This document shows positions 51,995-64,000 of a stretch of 64,000 nucleotides of DNA, piece after piece (positions within the stretch are counted from its first letter, which is position 1; every line of letters begins with the position of its first letter). The position numbers and the translations under genes were made by a program. The stretch comes from Octopus sinensis (Eukaryota). A model generated the notes under the pieces. It did no database searches and had not been told where the DNA came from. It was given only the letters and a program-made list of their open reading frames with translations. The stretch is taken from positions 100,254,001 through 100,318,000 of the forward strand of contig NC_043001.1 of NCBI RefSeq assembly GCF_006345805.1, written 5' to 3'.

Positions 51995-53414
51995 TACATG
52001 ATATCATTTCATATGATATCATATATATCCCTTTATACATTTTGATTGTACATTATACAATAGCCAGATAGCAATTATGATCCTAGAAATCAGCCAAACA
52101 TCTGTCATGTAACATGGAAGCAATGTCAATGTGACCAACTATTTCATGTTGCATGTGATTTCAAGGATTTAATTCAAATACGTTTTACTTAAAATAATTA
52201 ATGCAGCTTTATTAAAGCGTTCCTATGTCCATCTTGAAGCCCTACAAAGTTGCATGACTTTCTATCAGGGTTCTGCTTCTAAATATTTGGCTTTGATGTA
52301 TTCCTGACACTAAAATTCATTTGTGAACCTGAATGGTTCCTTTCAAGATGCATTTATGTCTATTATATTGCCATACACATGATGCATGAAATATCGGTTT
52401 ATATGCTTGCATAGCATTGGGGCTTCTCTCTGTAATGGAAAGATGTGTTCAATAACTCATACTGTTATTCCTTGACTCAGCCATACGCGCCACTATTTAG
52501 GCACTCTTGTATGTATAAGATCATGAATGCATGTGTGTGTGTGTATACACAAACACACACACACATAAAAGTGTGTATGATGTTTCTACTTGCATGCATG
52601 TAGGCATATGTGAAAATATGTGTGCAACAGCATATATGTCTGGGTGATAGCATGTGTGCATGTACATATATGCATGCATGTGTGTATGTGTAAGTGTGTG
52701 TGTGTGTCGAGATGTAGAAATAGCAGAAAGTGTACCCAATACATATAGTCATAGAGTTTATTTGTTAAACTAAATCTGAACGTTCCCTCAGCCTTTCTTT
52801 TTGTGTGATACTTCAGGTGACAAAATGATGAATGGAAGAACTTGCTTAAGAGTTTTAGAATGTGAAACAGCAAATAATTCGATCTTCATTGCTCAGCTTT
52901 TGTCTGGGGATAACAGCTAAAAAGAGATGGGTGGAATGATTGGTGATTGAGATTAATCTCTGCTGAAAGAGTTTACTTGTCACTCTCAATGGAAATAAGA
53001 ATTGGTGATGCCTAATTACTAGATGTAACACTATGCAGTGGTGAGTCAGGATGGCATGACCAACGAATTGTGTGTGGAGGGATAATACAACGGTGATTAT
53101 CCAATAACCCTTACAGTGTTTTCACACATACAGCATTTTAGCATTTTTGTTCAACACAGATGCAAGCATGTCTCTGTGCTTATAAGTTGCCTTTCTAATG
53201 ACATGGTTCCAGGTTCAGTCCCATTGCATGGAACTTTGGACAAGTGTCTTCTGCAATAGCCTTGGGCCAACCAAAGCCTCGTGAGTGGTTTTGCCAGGCA
53301 AAAAGGGAAAGAAGCCCATTACACACACACACACACACACACATATTGATAAAAATGGTAAAACAACAAAAGAATGAAAGAGACCTCGATATTATGTAAA
53401 CAGAGGAATTTATC

Positions 53415-53666
53415 TGTAAATGTAATATGTGACAATTATTCGGAAGCCATGATAAAACTCTGAGTTTCGGATGCCGAGGTGGAAATCCACGCCGCCATCT
53501 CTTCAGTTATCTGGCCGTCGGAAAAAATGCTATGAAAATGCATTTTCATAGCATTTTTTCAGTTGGCCAGATAACTGAAGAGATGGCGGCGTGGATTTCC
53601 ACCTCGGCATCTGAAACTCAGAGTTTTATCATGGCTTCCGAATAATTGTCACATATTACATTTACA
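53415..53666. mobile_element. 252-bp spacer-less palindrome of a Penelope-pLTR-like unit
   Basis: 126-bp arms centred on ATG|CAT (53540/53541) with 4 mismatches; the left arm continues about 70 bp to a (CA)n tract and the right arm ends in (TA)n. Confidence 0.8.
53451..53511 (-). ncRNA. Type I hammerhead ribozyme motif (mirror copy on + at 53570-53630)
   Basis: GATAA-CTGAAGA-GATGGCGGCGTGGATTTCCACCTCGGCATCC-GAAAC-TCAGA-GTT-TTATC. Stem I GAUAA/UUAUC, long stem II, near-palindromic stem III AAACUCAGAGUUU. Confidence 0.65.
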
Positions 53667-54016
53667 TATATATATATAGTTTAATTTAAGTTCTTCTTGA
53701 GACAGAGTTCAAGCTGGTTGCAAACAAAGTGAGGACATTTCTTGAGTTGAGTTCCAAGTGTTTGTAAATATGTGATGAGTCAGTGCATTGGTTGCACTGT
53801 TGGTGCAGGCACCAAAATATGTGCATCTGTTTATTCACATAAGAATCTCACATGGAGAATTTTTGGAATGTCTTACAGATCCTCATTGTACCACTAATAA
53901 CTTGAAACTGGAGAATCTCCATCAGTTTCCCTTGTTTTTTTTTTGTGAAACCAAATATTTCTAGGTTTTGTTGCAAATTTTTTGGTATACAGCCTAATGC
54001 ACCTACGATGATAGGT

Positions 54017-54348
54017 CATCAGCATTATCATTTAACGTTTGTTGTTTATGCTGGCATGGGTTGGACAGTTTGACCATGGTTGGCACACTGGAAGGCTGCA
54101 CCAGACTCCAGTCTGATTTGGCATGGTTTCTATGGCCGGGTGCTCTTCCTAACACCAACCACTCCAAGAGTGTAATGGATGCTTTTACATGCCACTGGCA
54201 TGGGAGCCATTTGTGTGACCCCAGTATTTGCCACGACTGCAGTTTTGCTCGGCTTGATGGGTCTTCTTCTCAAGCATGACATAATACCAAAGGTCTCAGT
54301 CATTGCCTCCGTGAGGCCGAACACTTGAAAGGTGTTTTTATGTGCCAC

Positions 54349-54350
<2 letters not shown>
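54017..54350 (-). mobile_element. RTE 3' end (C-terminus plus shortened UTR)
   Basis: Minus TFQVFGLTEAMTETFGIMSCLRRRP (ORF 54130) continuing into the conserved terminus. Confidence 0.7.
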
Positions 54351-54385
<35 letters not shown>

Positions 54386-55789
54386 CATGTTCACACTCTC
54401 TCTCACACACACACACACATATCCATGCACACTCACACCTCCCTACATACATAGATGTAAATATGTTTCCAATGGTGTAGATTACAATTATATTAGAATT
54501 TGTCAGAAAAATTTGTTGTTGAGAGAAGAGTTTTGGATAATTCACCTGTGTTGGCTTTGTTTTCTCATAACTTTCAGAAAAATGGGTATTTTGTAATGAA
54601 ATTTTCTACAAATACCTAGATACATGAAACATTTCACTTCATTCAATATGTGGTTTTTAGCCATGAAACAGCTTAAAATTTTCATGATTCCTCTTTTTTC
54701 CACATTAACACCTCAGTTTTTATTTTCATTGCTTTCTCTGTAATCTTGTCTGTTTTCTCTGAATGTCTTCACCATTCTGAGCTACTGTGGCAAATGTCCG
54801 CTACAGAGTCTAGCACTTGCTCCTTCCTGCCCCTTCAGACTGCATAGCTTGATTTATTACCCAGTCAATCACCAGCAAGTTTAATAAAATTACAAATCGG
54901 CAGCAATATTGATTTCAATCATTCAGTATTTGATGGGCTTGGATGGAACTGTATTTTTGACTTGTTTTATTTTAAGAAGTTAATGCTGGAATAAGATATG
55001 AAAATTACAAATCGAATATGCTGAAATGATGTTATTGAAGAAAGCTTGTCAAAAGCATGTCAATTGGTCTACTTAAAAGAAAAAGCAAAAATTGTAAAAT
55101 AAAAGTGAGAAAAATGGAAGCCTATTTAACAGCATTTCCTGCAATGAAATGCAAGCTGAAAGGTTGTTACCAGATGTATCTTGTTACAAATCTAAATATG
55201 CACTTAGAATAAGTGATGCTACCTATCTGCACATTTAATAAGAAATTTATAAAAAAAAAAAAAAAAGAGATCTAACTGGAATGTTGAGGATGGTGATGGC
55301 TTGGAATACCTTCAATTAAAACTATACATTAAATTGCTGAAAGGCATTGAGGCCTTAAATAAAATTCCACCAGAACGAGAGTACATGTCTTTCAGTATAT
55401 TTCTTACTGTTAAAGTTGAATCCTGGTGATGTAAATAAAAACAGCAATAAAGGAAATGAATAAATAAAATAGAAATAAAAATAAAATAGAAATAAAATAA
55501 AACAAATTGTTGTGAGATTCATTCTCTTCAATCTATTTAGTCACAAGCTGATGTTTGTTTGGTTTTTCTATTTTTAATTTTTAAATTTTTTTATCTTTGC
55601 CATATTTTTTGTCACTAGAATATGCAGTCATACTGGGGCACTACCTGGAAGGATTCAGTCAAACAAATTGACCTTGGTACTTCTTTTTAGGTTTGGTACT
55701 CAGTCTATCAGTCACTTTTGCCAAATCAATATACATGCAGGCATGCATGAATACATACATGCATGCATGTATGCTTGCGTACATGCATG

Positions 55790-55798
55790 CATGTATAC

Positions 55799-55829
<31 letters not shown>

Positions 55830-55935
55830 CATACATACATACATACATGCATAAATAGATACATACATGCTCATACACACACATGCACATACACACACAC
55901 ACACTCATATACACAAACATATACACATACATATG
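55790..55935. repeat. (TACA)n/(CA)n microsatellite
   Basis: Tetranucleotide run. Confidence 0.9.
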
Positions 55936-56648
55936 TACTTGTTTCTACATAGCTCTCCCTTTCATACTGGTCATGGCCATTTCTCTAATGGTAGCAGGGT
56001 TCCGGTTTTCATTCAAATTAAACTTTAGTCTTTCCCTAAGAGTCCATTAAGGCCTCTTGAGTCTAGAACTTTCAGTTTGTAATGTTTTCTCTAAATCTTC
56101 CACATTTATTAGACGTTACCCTTCAGCCTACGGAAGTTCCCATAACTGTTGCTGAACACCTTTACCATGACTTGACTGATGACTGAGTTTTGTTGGATCT
56201 CTCCTGCATGCTAAATTTATTATTACTGTACACAGGGCTTCCTCCACATTTCTTGTACTACATCCATAACCAACATGTATCCTAGCAATATCATCAAGGT
56301 ACTGTTCAACATGTCCATCAAAATTGTCTACCATAATAATAAGATTTTGGTAATTTGTTCTAGAATGAACATTTGAAACAATATGATAACAAAAAACAGT
56401 CTTCCATACTCTACCAACATGGAGGTAACCTGGGTCAACTTGACATCTGCATCTTATCCAAACACCCAAAGGACTCAACACTCAGGCAAATATGGGAGTA
56501 TGTCCTTATAAATGAAACTTCCACAATACTAAATAGGAAATATACATAGTAGATATCATATTCCCATACCCACAGTTTACACAGGTAGAGTAGAATAGTT
56601 AGTGGGCTGTTATGTAGATAGATGTATGTATGTGTGTATGTAGGGGTG

Positions 56649-56689
<41 letters not shown>

Positions 56690-57596
56690 GCACATGTATG
56701 TAAACATATGGATATGAGAGTAAACAGATTAACATACAGACGCATAGTTACGTAGGTTATATGAACAGACAAAAACACATACGCAAATGGAGACTGAAAC
56801 ACATGACCATATATACACACAAGGACACATATGGAGACACACGTTCACACATATGGAGATACACATCCATACATACAAACACGGTACATAGTTACAAAAC
56901 ACACACATACACACACGAGGAGACAGAGGTATGCACAGAAACACATACATAAAAACACACAAACAAGGACATGCAAACATATGAAAATGCAGAATACATA
57001 CATGCAAATGTACACACATACATACACAAATACATGCATACACACACAAGCATGCATACATACATACATGCATGTATATTCACACACACACTAATCCACA
57101 CACATATGCACAAACAAACAAAAAGGAACGCAGTGTGAATGACAGAGTCAAAAGTACTGAAAAGGTTGTAAGACGCAACGAAAATTTTAGGAAAATAAAG
57201 AAAGAAATAAGTGGAAATTTTACCAGTGAGTGTGTTAAATTATAAGGCACCGAAAGGTTTTAAATATTAATTAAGGAGATTTAGAAGATCTTTTAATGAG
57301 GAGATTCTCAGTAAATAAGGCATTAATTGAATCACATACCCAAATCTTTAAAATACAGTGGAAGGGAGGCAACCAAGATGTAAGCTTCTAAAAATAGAAA
57401 TTTAGTATTAAGAGTGAAGTGTAGTTATATGGGGTATAATAATTTAGGCTGGTTAGAGGTAATATTTATAATATTGAAAAAGAATTAGGTGGAGAAGAAT
57501 TCTCGCAGAAATAGATATGGGAATTACCAAATCTTTAAAACTTATTATGGAGTAAGTATACAACTTAATAACTTCATTCGATATATTCAACTGAAT

Positions 57597-57636
<40 letters not shown>

Positions 57637-58588
57637 ATATATATATAGAACAAGGTATAATTGAAACAATTGTAGGTCTGGTCTTGTCAGTGTCATAAGA
57701 TCACTTTGATTCTGTCAATGTTATTGTTATTGGTGTTATTATTGTCATACTACTTTTGTATTTGGGCTTGTATCTCACTGAATCTGATAATTTGATTGGT
57801 GGAAAGTAATATACATCGTATACCCAGAAAATTTTTAAAAAATGTAACTGGACTTAATCGTATTCCACCTGATGAAACACCCACACACAGCTGTTGCTGG
57901 AAAATATTCAACTCTATAGCTATTATAAAGAATCATCATGTATAATGGTATGTGAATATAAAACTGGTGTGTGGTGCAGAAACAAATGTTGTGATCTACT
58001 ATCAAAGCCTGATATCTTCCATCCACGTATTATGCCATTCTTATAGATACATCCTGGAACTAGTAAATGTGACTTGTTTAGAAGAATTTTACCAAATTTT
58101 TACATGTAAGGGTAATATAATAAATTCTAGACAAGAACAAGCTTTAAGACATTTGCGCATGAGAAAATTTTCTTTTGCTCAGTATAAATGAGTAATAAAC
58201 ATTTAAACAACAGAATGTTTTGAAATAATGGGCTCCAAGTGACCATCCAATCAAAACTTGAATTGAAGATAATTCAAGTCTAAAGTAACAAACAACTCTG
58301 TAGAATCAATGCTGAGTTGATAAATGGAAAGCTTTGAACAGTGAAGTCATAGATTATTAAAGTGAAGACCCTAAAGATAGTGCACTGGGATTATGGTAGG
58401 GATGCAATTGTAATGGTTGCTATTTGATGCAGTTGAAACATGTGTATGTCTATGCAAAGCTGTTTATATAGAAAGGAATTAAAGGTAAGGCTATGCCACT
58501 TCGTAATAACCCTTATTACTACAGATATTATATACTGCAGGAAACGTATATGGTTAAGGTAATATATTTAAAACTATTCAATAGAATA

Positions 58589-59477
58589 CATGGTCTGATC
58601 AATAAGTATCCGGACTGTTGCTATAGTAACGAAGCTAAAGCATGGAGAGTAAAACTGCTTGGCACAGATTGACCTTGAATTCTTCTTTGCATGTGCACTA
58701 AGTTTTAATCATTTAGCTTATTTCTGCTGTTTACAGCAGTGCTTGGAAGGAAGGTGTGTAGTGTGTGATTGTCGCACTGACCGTGACAGAGAAAGTTGAG
58801 CAGAGAATCCGCATCAAATTTTGCCAAAAGCTTGGCGAAAGCTGCTTAGAGGCCTACGCAAAGTTTTCAAAACGTTTACATCATTCTCGACTCAGTCAAT
58901 GAGATCTTGTACGACTGAAACCTGAGTGTCTTTTTGCTCAGCTGAAAGCAGTTTTGGCACAAACCTAGCAGTCACGCATCTCATACCCGAATCTTCAATG
59001 ATAATGCACTGAACTGAACCATAACTAATCTGCACATCCTCTGATAACTCACAGATGGTGATTCGACGATTTCTCCTCACAGCTGCATGAACATCTGCAA
59101 TGTTTTTCTCAGTTCTGCTGGTTGTAGGTCTCCCATAACATTCGTCAATATCAACATTTTTATGGCCATCTTGGAAATGTTTGAACCACTTGTGTGTGGC
59201 TCATACACTCTCCTCCATACACTTTCTGCAACTTTGTGTAGGCCTCTGAGCAGGTATCACCATGACAACTTTCTCTGTCATGGTCTTTGTGACAATGACA
59301 CACTACACACCTTCCTTCCAAGCACTGCTGTAAACAGTGGAAGTGAGCTAGAATGTTAAAACTTAGTGTGCAGGCACAGCAGAGATCAAGGTGAATCTTT
59401 GCCAAGCGACTTTATTCCGTGTTCTTTAACTTTGTTACTATGGCAACATTCTTGATACTTATTGATCAAACCTCGTG
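58589..59477. mobile_element. Mariner derivative made of two inverted 5' ends (about 890 bp)
   Basis: TA-flanked termini (GG(T/C)TGATCAATAAGTATC). Left arm encodes TEKVEQRIRIKFCQKLGESCLEAYAK on +. Right arm encodes the same start on - and runs through GRPTTSRTEKNIADVHAAVRRNRRITICELSEDVQISYGSVQCII..DSGMRCVTARFVPKLLSAEQK...VENDVNVLKT. Confidence 0.88.
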
Positions 59478-59710
59478 TACCTCTATGAGAATTATTAGAT
59501 TTATATATTAAATATTGAATAACCTATTTTGAATACCAAACTGTGAGCAAACCGATAAAAATTTGAAGAAACCTCTTACTAATTACCTATATATATATAT
59601 ATATATATATGGAAGTCTGCTTACAATCTAAATTTGCTTTTTATAGAACTATCTTCGATACTTCATGAGTGTAGCCTCACCCAGTAGGATGCTTGGAGAA
59701 CTCATATGTG

Positions 59711-59801
59711 TTTCGTCTGATGAGTACGGGACACTTGTATTTGCTGCAATATTTGCAGCTTTTAATAAAGCTGGTCTTCGTATGAAACAATTGTACTGAA
59801 A
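59711..59801 (+). ncRNA. Type I hammerhead ribozyme motif with branched stem II extension
   Basis: TTTCGT-CTGATGA-GTACGGGAC...GGTCTTCGTAT-GAAAC-AATT-GTA-CTGAAA. Palindromic stem III ACAAUUGU; stem I imperfect next to the cleavage site. Confidence 0.6.
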
Positions 59802-60167
59802 AACTAATCCATTCTTGTTGCTTTTTTCTTGTGTATATATATATATAATAACAACAATTGAGGGTAAAATTAATTAATTAATCAATTTCACCAAGTGTTC
59901 AGTATGTAAAAGGACCATTTAAAGCGAATTCAAAATATTACATTGGCTAATCTTGAAACGTTGACGTACTCAAACGATCTATGTACTTGTGATATTTTTC
60001 TGTATTTACCCCCAAACCTTCGTGAGCTGTCTGGAGTAAACATTATCTGAGAGAAATTTTCTTTAAGTAGTAGAAATGCTAAGAAAATTTTTTTTTTGGC
60101 TGCTATTTCTACTAAGTTCAGTATGTGGCAAAGTAATTTATTTTACTAAGCCCTAATTATATAATAT

Positions 60168-60254
<87 letters not shown>

Positions 60255-60409
60255 ACCGGCACTGGTGTCTGACATGACTGTGACTTTACTTGGCTTGATG
60301 GGGCTTCTTCTCAAGCACAACATAATGCCAAAGGTCTTGACAAAAATTCCTTTCCTTAAATGCCCCTGCCCCTGTCATAATCCCTTGTCTCGTGAGTAAC
60401 TTGTTTACC

Positions 60410-60700
60410 CTGCCAGTGCTGGTGCCATGTTAAATGCATCCAGTCCACACTGTAACGTGGTTGGCATTTGGAAGGGCATCCGGTTGTAACAATCATGCCG
60501 AAACTAACTTCACCTGTACTAGTGCCATGTAAAAAGCACTAAGTCCACTCTGCAGAGTGGCTAATGTCAGGAAGGGGACCCAGCCCAAAAATCCCTGCCA
60601 AAACAGACACAGTAGCCTAAGGTAGTTTTCTACCTGGTTAGCTCCTGTCAACCATTCTGCCCATGCATGCATGGATGGTAAACAATGATGTTGATGATGA
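60410..60700 (+). mobile_element. Older RTE 3' UTR, tail abutting (TA)n
   Basis: gtgccatgtaaaaagcac units, gtggttggcatttggaagggcatcc, gatgttgatgatgacgg(TA)n. Confidence 0.65.
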
Positions 60701-60701
60701 C

Positions 60702-60746
<45 letters not shown>

Positions 60747-60843
60747 TTATATAAATAAGGATAAGCTCATTAATTTAAAATAAAATAACAATTTTATCAA
60801 GTGGCCAGTATGGATAAAATAACCTTCAAAAGTAATAATTATT

Positions 60844-60963
60844 AAAATTATAAATTAGGGTATCTACATGTTGATATATGAAAATTAAGGTGGTTTTAGA
60901 ATCAGATCATGGCTGCTATTTTCAGCATAGTGGTATCTCGTAGATACCCTTATTTATAATTTT
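60844..60963. repeat. 24-bp inverted repeat with 72-bp spacer embedded between (TA)n tracts
   Basis: AAAATTATAAATTAGGGTATCTAC (60844-60867) versus GTAGATACCCTTATTTATAATTTT (60940-60963), one mismatch. Confidence 0.8.
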
Positions 60964-61012
60964 ATATAGATATATATAGATATATATATATATATATATA
61001 AAATATTATTCG

Positions 61013-61054
<42 letters not shown>

Positions 61055-61100
61055 CATGCATATATATACATGCATATATATACATGCATATATATATACA

Positions 61101-61136
<36 letters not shown>

Positions 61137-62619
61137 TGCACACGTGTATGCATGTGTGTGTATGTGTGTGGGTGTGTGCATGAGTTTATACGCATGCACC
61201 CTTAGACACATAGACAGAGATATGTGTACATTTACATCTGTATACATCATTCCTTCTCTGATTTGGCTGAAGCTGCTTTCCTGTCTGTCTGTCTGTCCTT
61301 AATCTAATGAGTTGCATCATTATGAAGTATTAACAGGAGAAATGTTAGTGTGAGAATTATTATTTGAATGAAATACTGGTGTGCAAGGATTTCCTATTTC
61401 GTAAGAAATCATGCTACCAAATTATTAATGATTCCTACTTCAAATGGCACTCTTAATGCTTTGCATGTGACTCTTTCATTTGTTGGATTTTGTATGGAGT
61501 GATGAGAATGTTCCAAGTTGAGAAACTTGCCACAAATAGGAAGACACAATGAAGAATATTTTAAACAGTTGAATTTCGATGCAATAATAAATTGAGGCAA
61601 GGATTGAGAAGTAGACCAAAATCTTTTACAGAATTCTGAAGACATTCAACAATGTTGGTCAGAGAAGTGTTTGCTAATTGTGTACTCGAGTTCTGAGAAG
61701 TATAAGAACTCACAAGAGACCAAAGGTTCTGAGTCAAGTCCTCTGCTAATGAACAAAATCAAATTGAAGTAATGATGAAACTGTATCAAGGGAATGGCAA
61801 ATTGAATTTTAAAAAAATCAATAACTGTATCAATACAGATATGTTATGAAGCGAGGTTGATGGTGGTGGTGGCGGTGGCAGGGAGAATAGATCAAGGAAT
61901 GCATCATGTAGAAACAAGACATAACTACAGAACCTTAGCAGTAGTACACAACCCCAATGCTTTGGTGGTGCTTAATTGCCAGATAACTTACCATTTCTAT
62001 TAATATTTCCATTTCCTTTTTTGTTAAATATTAAAATCGATATATCCAGTATATAATTTCATATTCATAATTTAAAAAAAAAGGTTTTATTGAAGTAAAA
62101 TATTGAAATTTACTTGATTGATATTAGTGTAATAATTAAGAAGATATTTTCTCATTGTTTCCATCTTATGTAATCACAAAGAAATTATTACTTCCATCAG
62201 AGGACTGCAATTCATTGAAGATTCAAATTACTTTTGAAAGTTGTTTTATATAACTTAATTTTTTGAAACATATTTTATAATAGTCTCTTAATCATAAATG
62301 TATTATTAATCTACAGTTGTTTAAAAAAAATATGGGCACACACACTCACACACACACACACAAATATATGCATTCATGTGTAGATGTAAAGAAATTGTAA
62401 AGGCATTTCATGCTCTGTTGCTTTCTCAGTGATCCTTTAGATTATAGAAACAATGCCACTCCTAGATCTAAGAAGGAGGTCGACTCTCTCTCTGTTACAT
62501 TTTTGGTTTTGGTTTTATTTGAAGGAGGATTCTATTGCACACATTCTCCAGTATTAATAGAGAAAAATCCCTCCATATTCTCCAGTTTTTTGCTTGTCAC
62601 CCATTAAATACAAACCCAC

Positions 62620-62637
62620 ACATACACACACACACAC

Positions 62638-62709
<72 letters not shown>

Positions 62710-62902
62710 ATACATTCATACATACATACATATATACATACACACATACATACATACATACACATACATACATACATACATACATACATGCATGCATACA
62801 TACATACACACACATACATACATACATACATACATACATACATACATACACATATGTATATACACATACATACATACACGCATACATACATACATACATA
62901 GA

Positions 62903-62938
<36 letters not shown>

Positions 62939-62945
62939 TATGCAA
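62620..62945. repeat. (CA)n/(TA)n/(TACA)n microsatellite field
   Basis: About 325 bp; source of the HT/YI/CV-rich ORFs. Confidence 0.95.
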
Positions 62946-62947
62946 AT

Positions 62948-63510
62948 GCAAGATCCCGGGATGGAGACTTAGGAAGAAGGTGAGCTTCAAGCAATCCATA
63001 GAAAATATTTAAAAAAATAGTTTGCAAGAACAAAAGTGGTTTATTGGGGCGGAAGGTTGTGGATTTTTTCCATATTTAAGTGCAAAAAGCTGAAAAAATT
63101 ATTTTATATTTCACGGTAGGCAGTCAGGGTTACCAGGTACATGAATAAAATCCAAGAGTTAAGGAATGGAGTAGATAAAATCTGGGCTACATTAGTTTCA
63201 TTGGGAGCACCACTTGGAAGGGGTTAAATGTATAGCAGGCCATTCTTCATGTCAAGGGCATCTTGATTAAATGAGGTTGACATTGTGGTTAGGAGGTCCA
63301 AACTAACACACAGAGGATTCAATCATTGGATTTGCATTCAGATTGAACCCATCGTGTGTTAATATAAACTTCATTTCATCAAGATACCCTTGGCCTGAAG
63401 AATGGCCAGTGGTATACACGTCGCTTGGATATTTACCATTTCCAAGGTTCCCATAAGTATGAAACATATGTAGCCAAGATTTCATCTACTCCATCCCTTA
63501 ACTCTTGGAT
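62948..63510. mobile_element. Composite MITE-like element with an old internal foldback (arms 63150-63278 and 63367-63510)
   Basis: atccaagagttaaggaatggagtagataaaatctgggctacat...ggccattcttca..caaggg.atcttgat.aaatga.gtt is mirrored with indels; the left part is homologous to 39017-39262. Confidence 0.65.
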
Positions 63511-63599
63511 GCACGCACACACACACACACACACACACACAAACGCACACACACAAACACATAAAATATTCATACATGTATATTCATGTTTATGTACAT

Positions 63600-63941
63600 A
63601 TTTTTCTTTTCTTTTTCTTGTCTCAGTCATTTGACTGCGGCCATGCTAGAGCACCACCTATTTTAGTCAAAGAAATCGAACCCTGGATTTATCCTCTGTA
63701 AGTCTGGTAATATTTCTATTGGTCTGTTTTGCCGAACTGTTAAGTTACAGGAATGTAAGCACACCAACATTGGTTGTCAAGCAATGGTGGGGGTATAAGC
63801 ACATGCACAAACACACAAATATATACATATATACGACAGGCTTCTTTCAGTTTCCATCTACCAAATCTATTCACAAGGCTCCGGTTGGCCTAAGGCTAGA
63901 GTAAAAGACACTTACCCAAGGCGCCCCACAGTGGGACTGAA
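63600..63941 (-). mobile_element. SINE family A, head-truncated
   Basis: ctcagtcatttgactgcggccatgctagagcacc...gcttctttcagtttccatctaccaaatc...cagtgggactga. Confidence 0.8.
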
Positions 63942-64000
63942 TATACAGGGAAGCCCAAAAGTCACTGAGGGATTGCAATTTTTGATAATTCTTTTATTTT

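Noticed and set aside
55310-55422. Minus-strand exon candidate with a strong acceptor
   Set aside because: All three frames hit a stop before the AAG|GTATTC donor, and no homology was recognised.
57156-57200. CTGAAAAG-GTTGT..GCAAC-GAAA hammerhead-like string
   Set aside because: G8 is missing and stems III and I cannot be formed.
59895-59965. GAAACGTT-GACGTACTC as a further hammerhead 3' half
   Set aside because: No CTGANGA or convincing complementary stem I strand upstream.

Overview
Eukaryotic, AT-rich, repeat-saturated DNA. The repeat content (tRNA-headed SINEs, RTE and CR1/L2 LINE debris, Tc1/mariner remnants, very dense (TA)n/(CA)n/(CAT)n microsatellites) looks like an octopus (coleoid cephalopod) intron or intergenic region; the taxon is inferred from memory of these repeat families, not from a search. 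I found no recognisable host gene, rRNA, true tRNA or CRISPR array. Almost all ORFs in the track are microsatellite translations or decayed transposon ORFs. Contents: about 10 RTE ORF2 fragments; about 20 copies of an RTE 3' UTR with an internal GTGGCACGTAAAAAGCACC array and a (GAT)n tail; at least three tRNA-derived SINE families, two copies with clear TSDs; one CR1/L2 3' end; three Tc1/mariner derivatives and several MITE-like foldbacks. The most interesting signal is a set of minimal type I hammerhead-ribozyme motifs in five mutually unrelated small repeats: three with a recognisable complete core (38.9, 53.5, 59.7 kb) and two decayed (13.5, 36.1 kb). Two of them sit in inverted repeats, one a 252-bp spacer-less palindrome. 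This matches Penelope-like element pLTRs, but no intact Penelope ORF is present here. Element boundaries were read by eye and are approximate unless a TSD or TIR is given.
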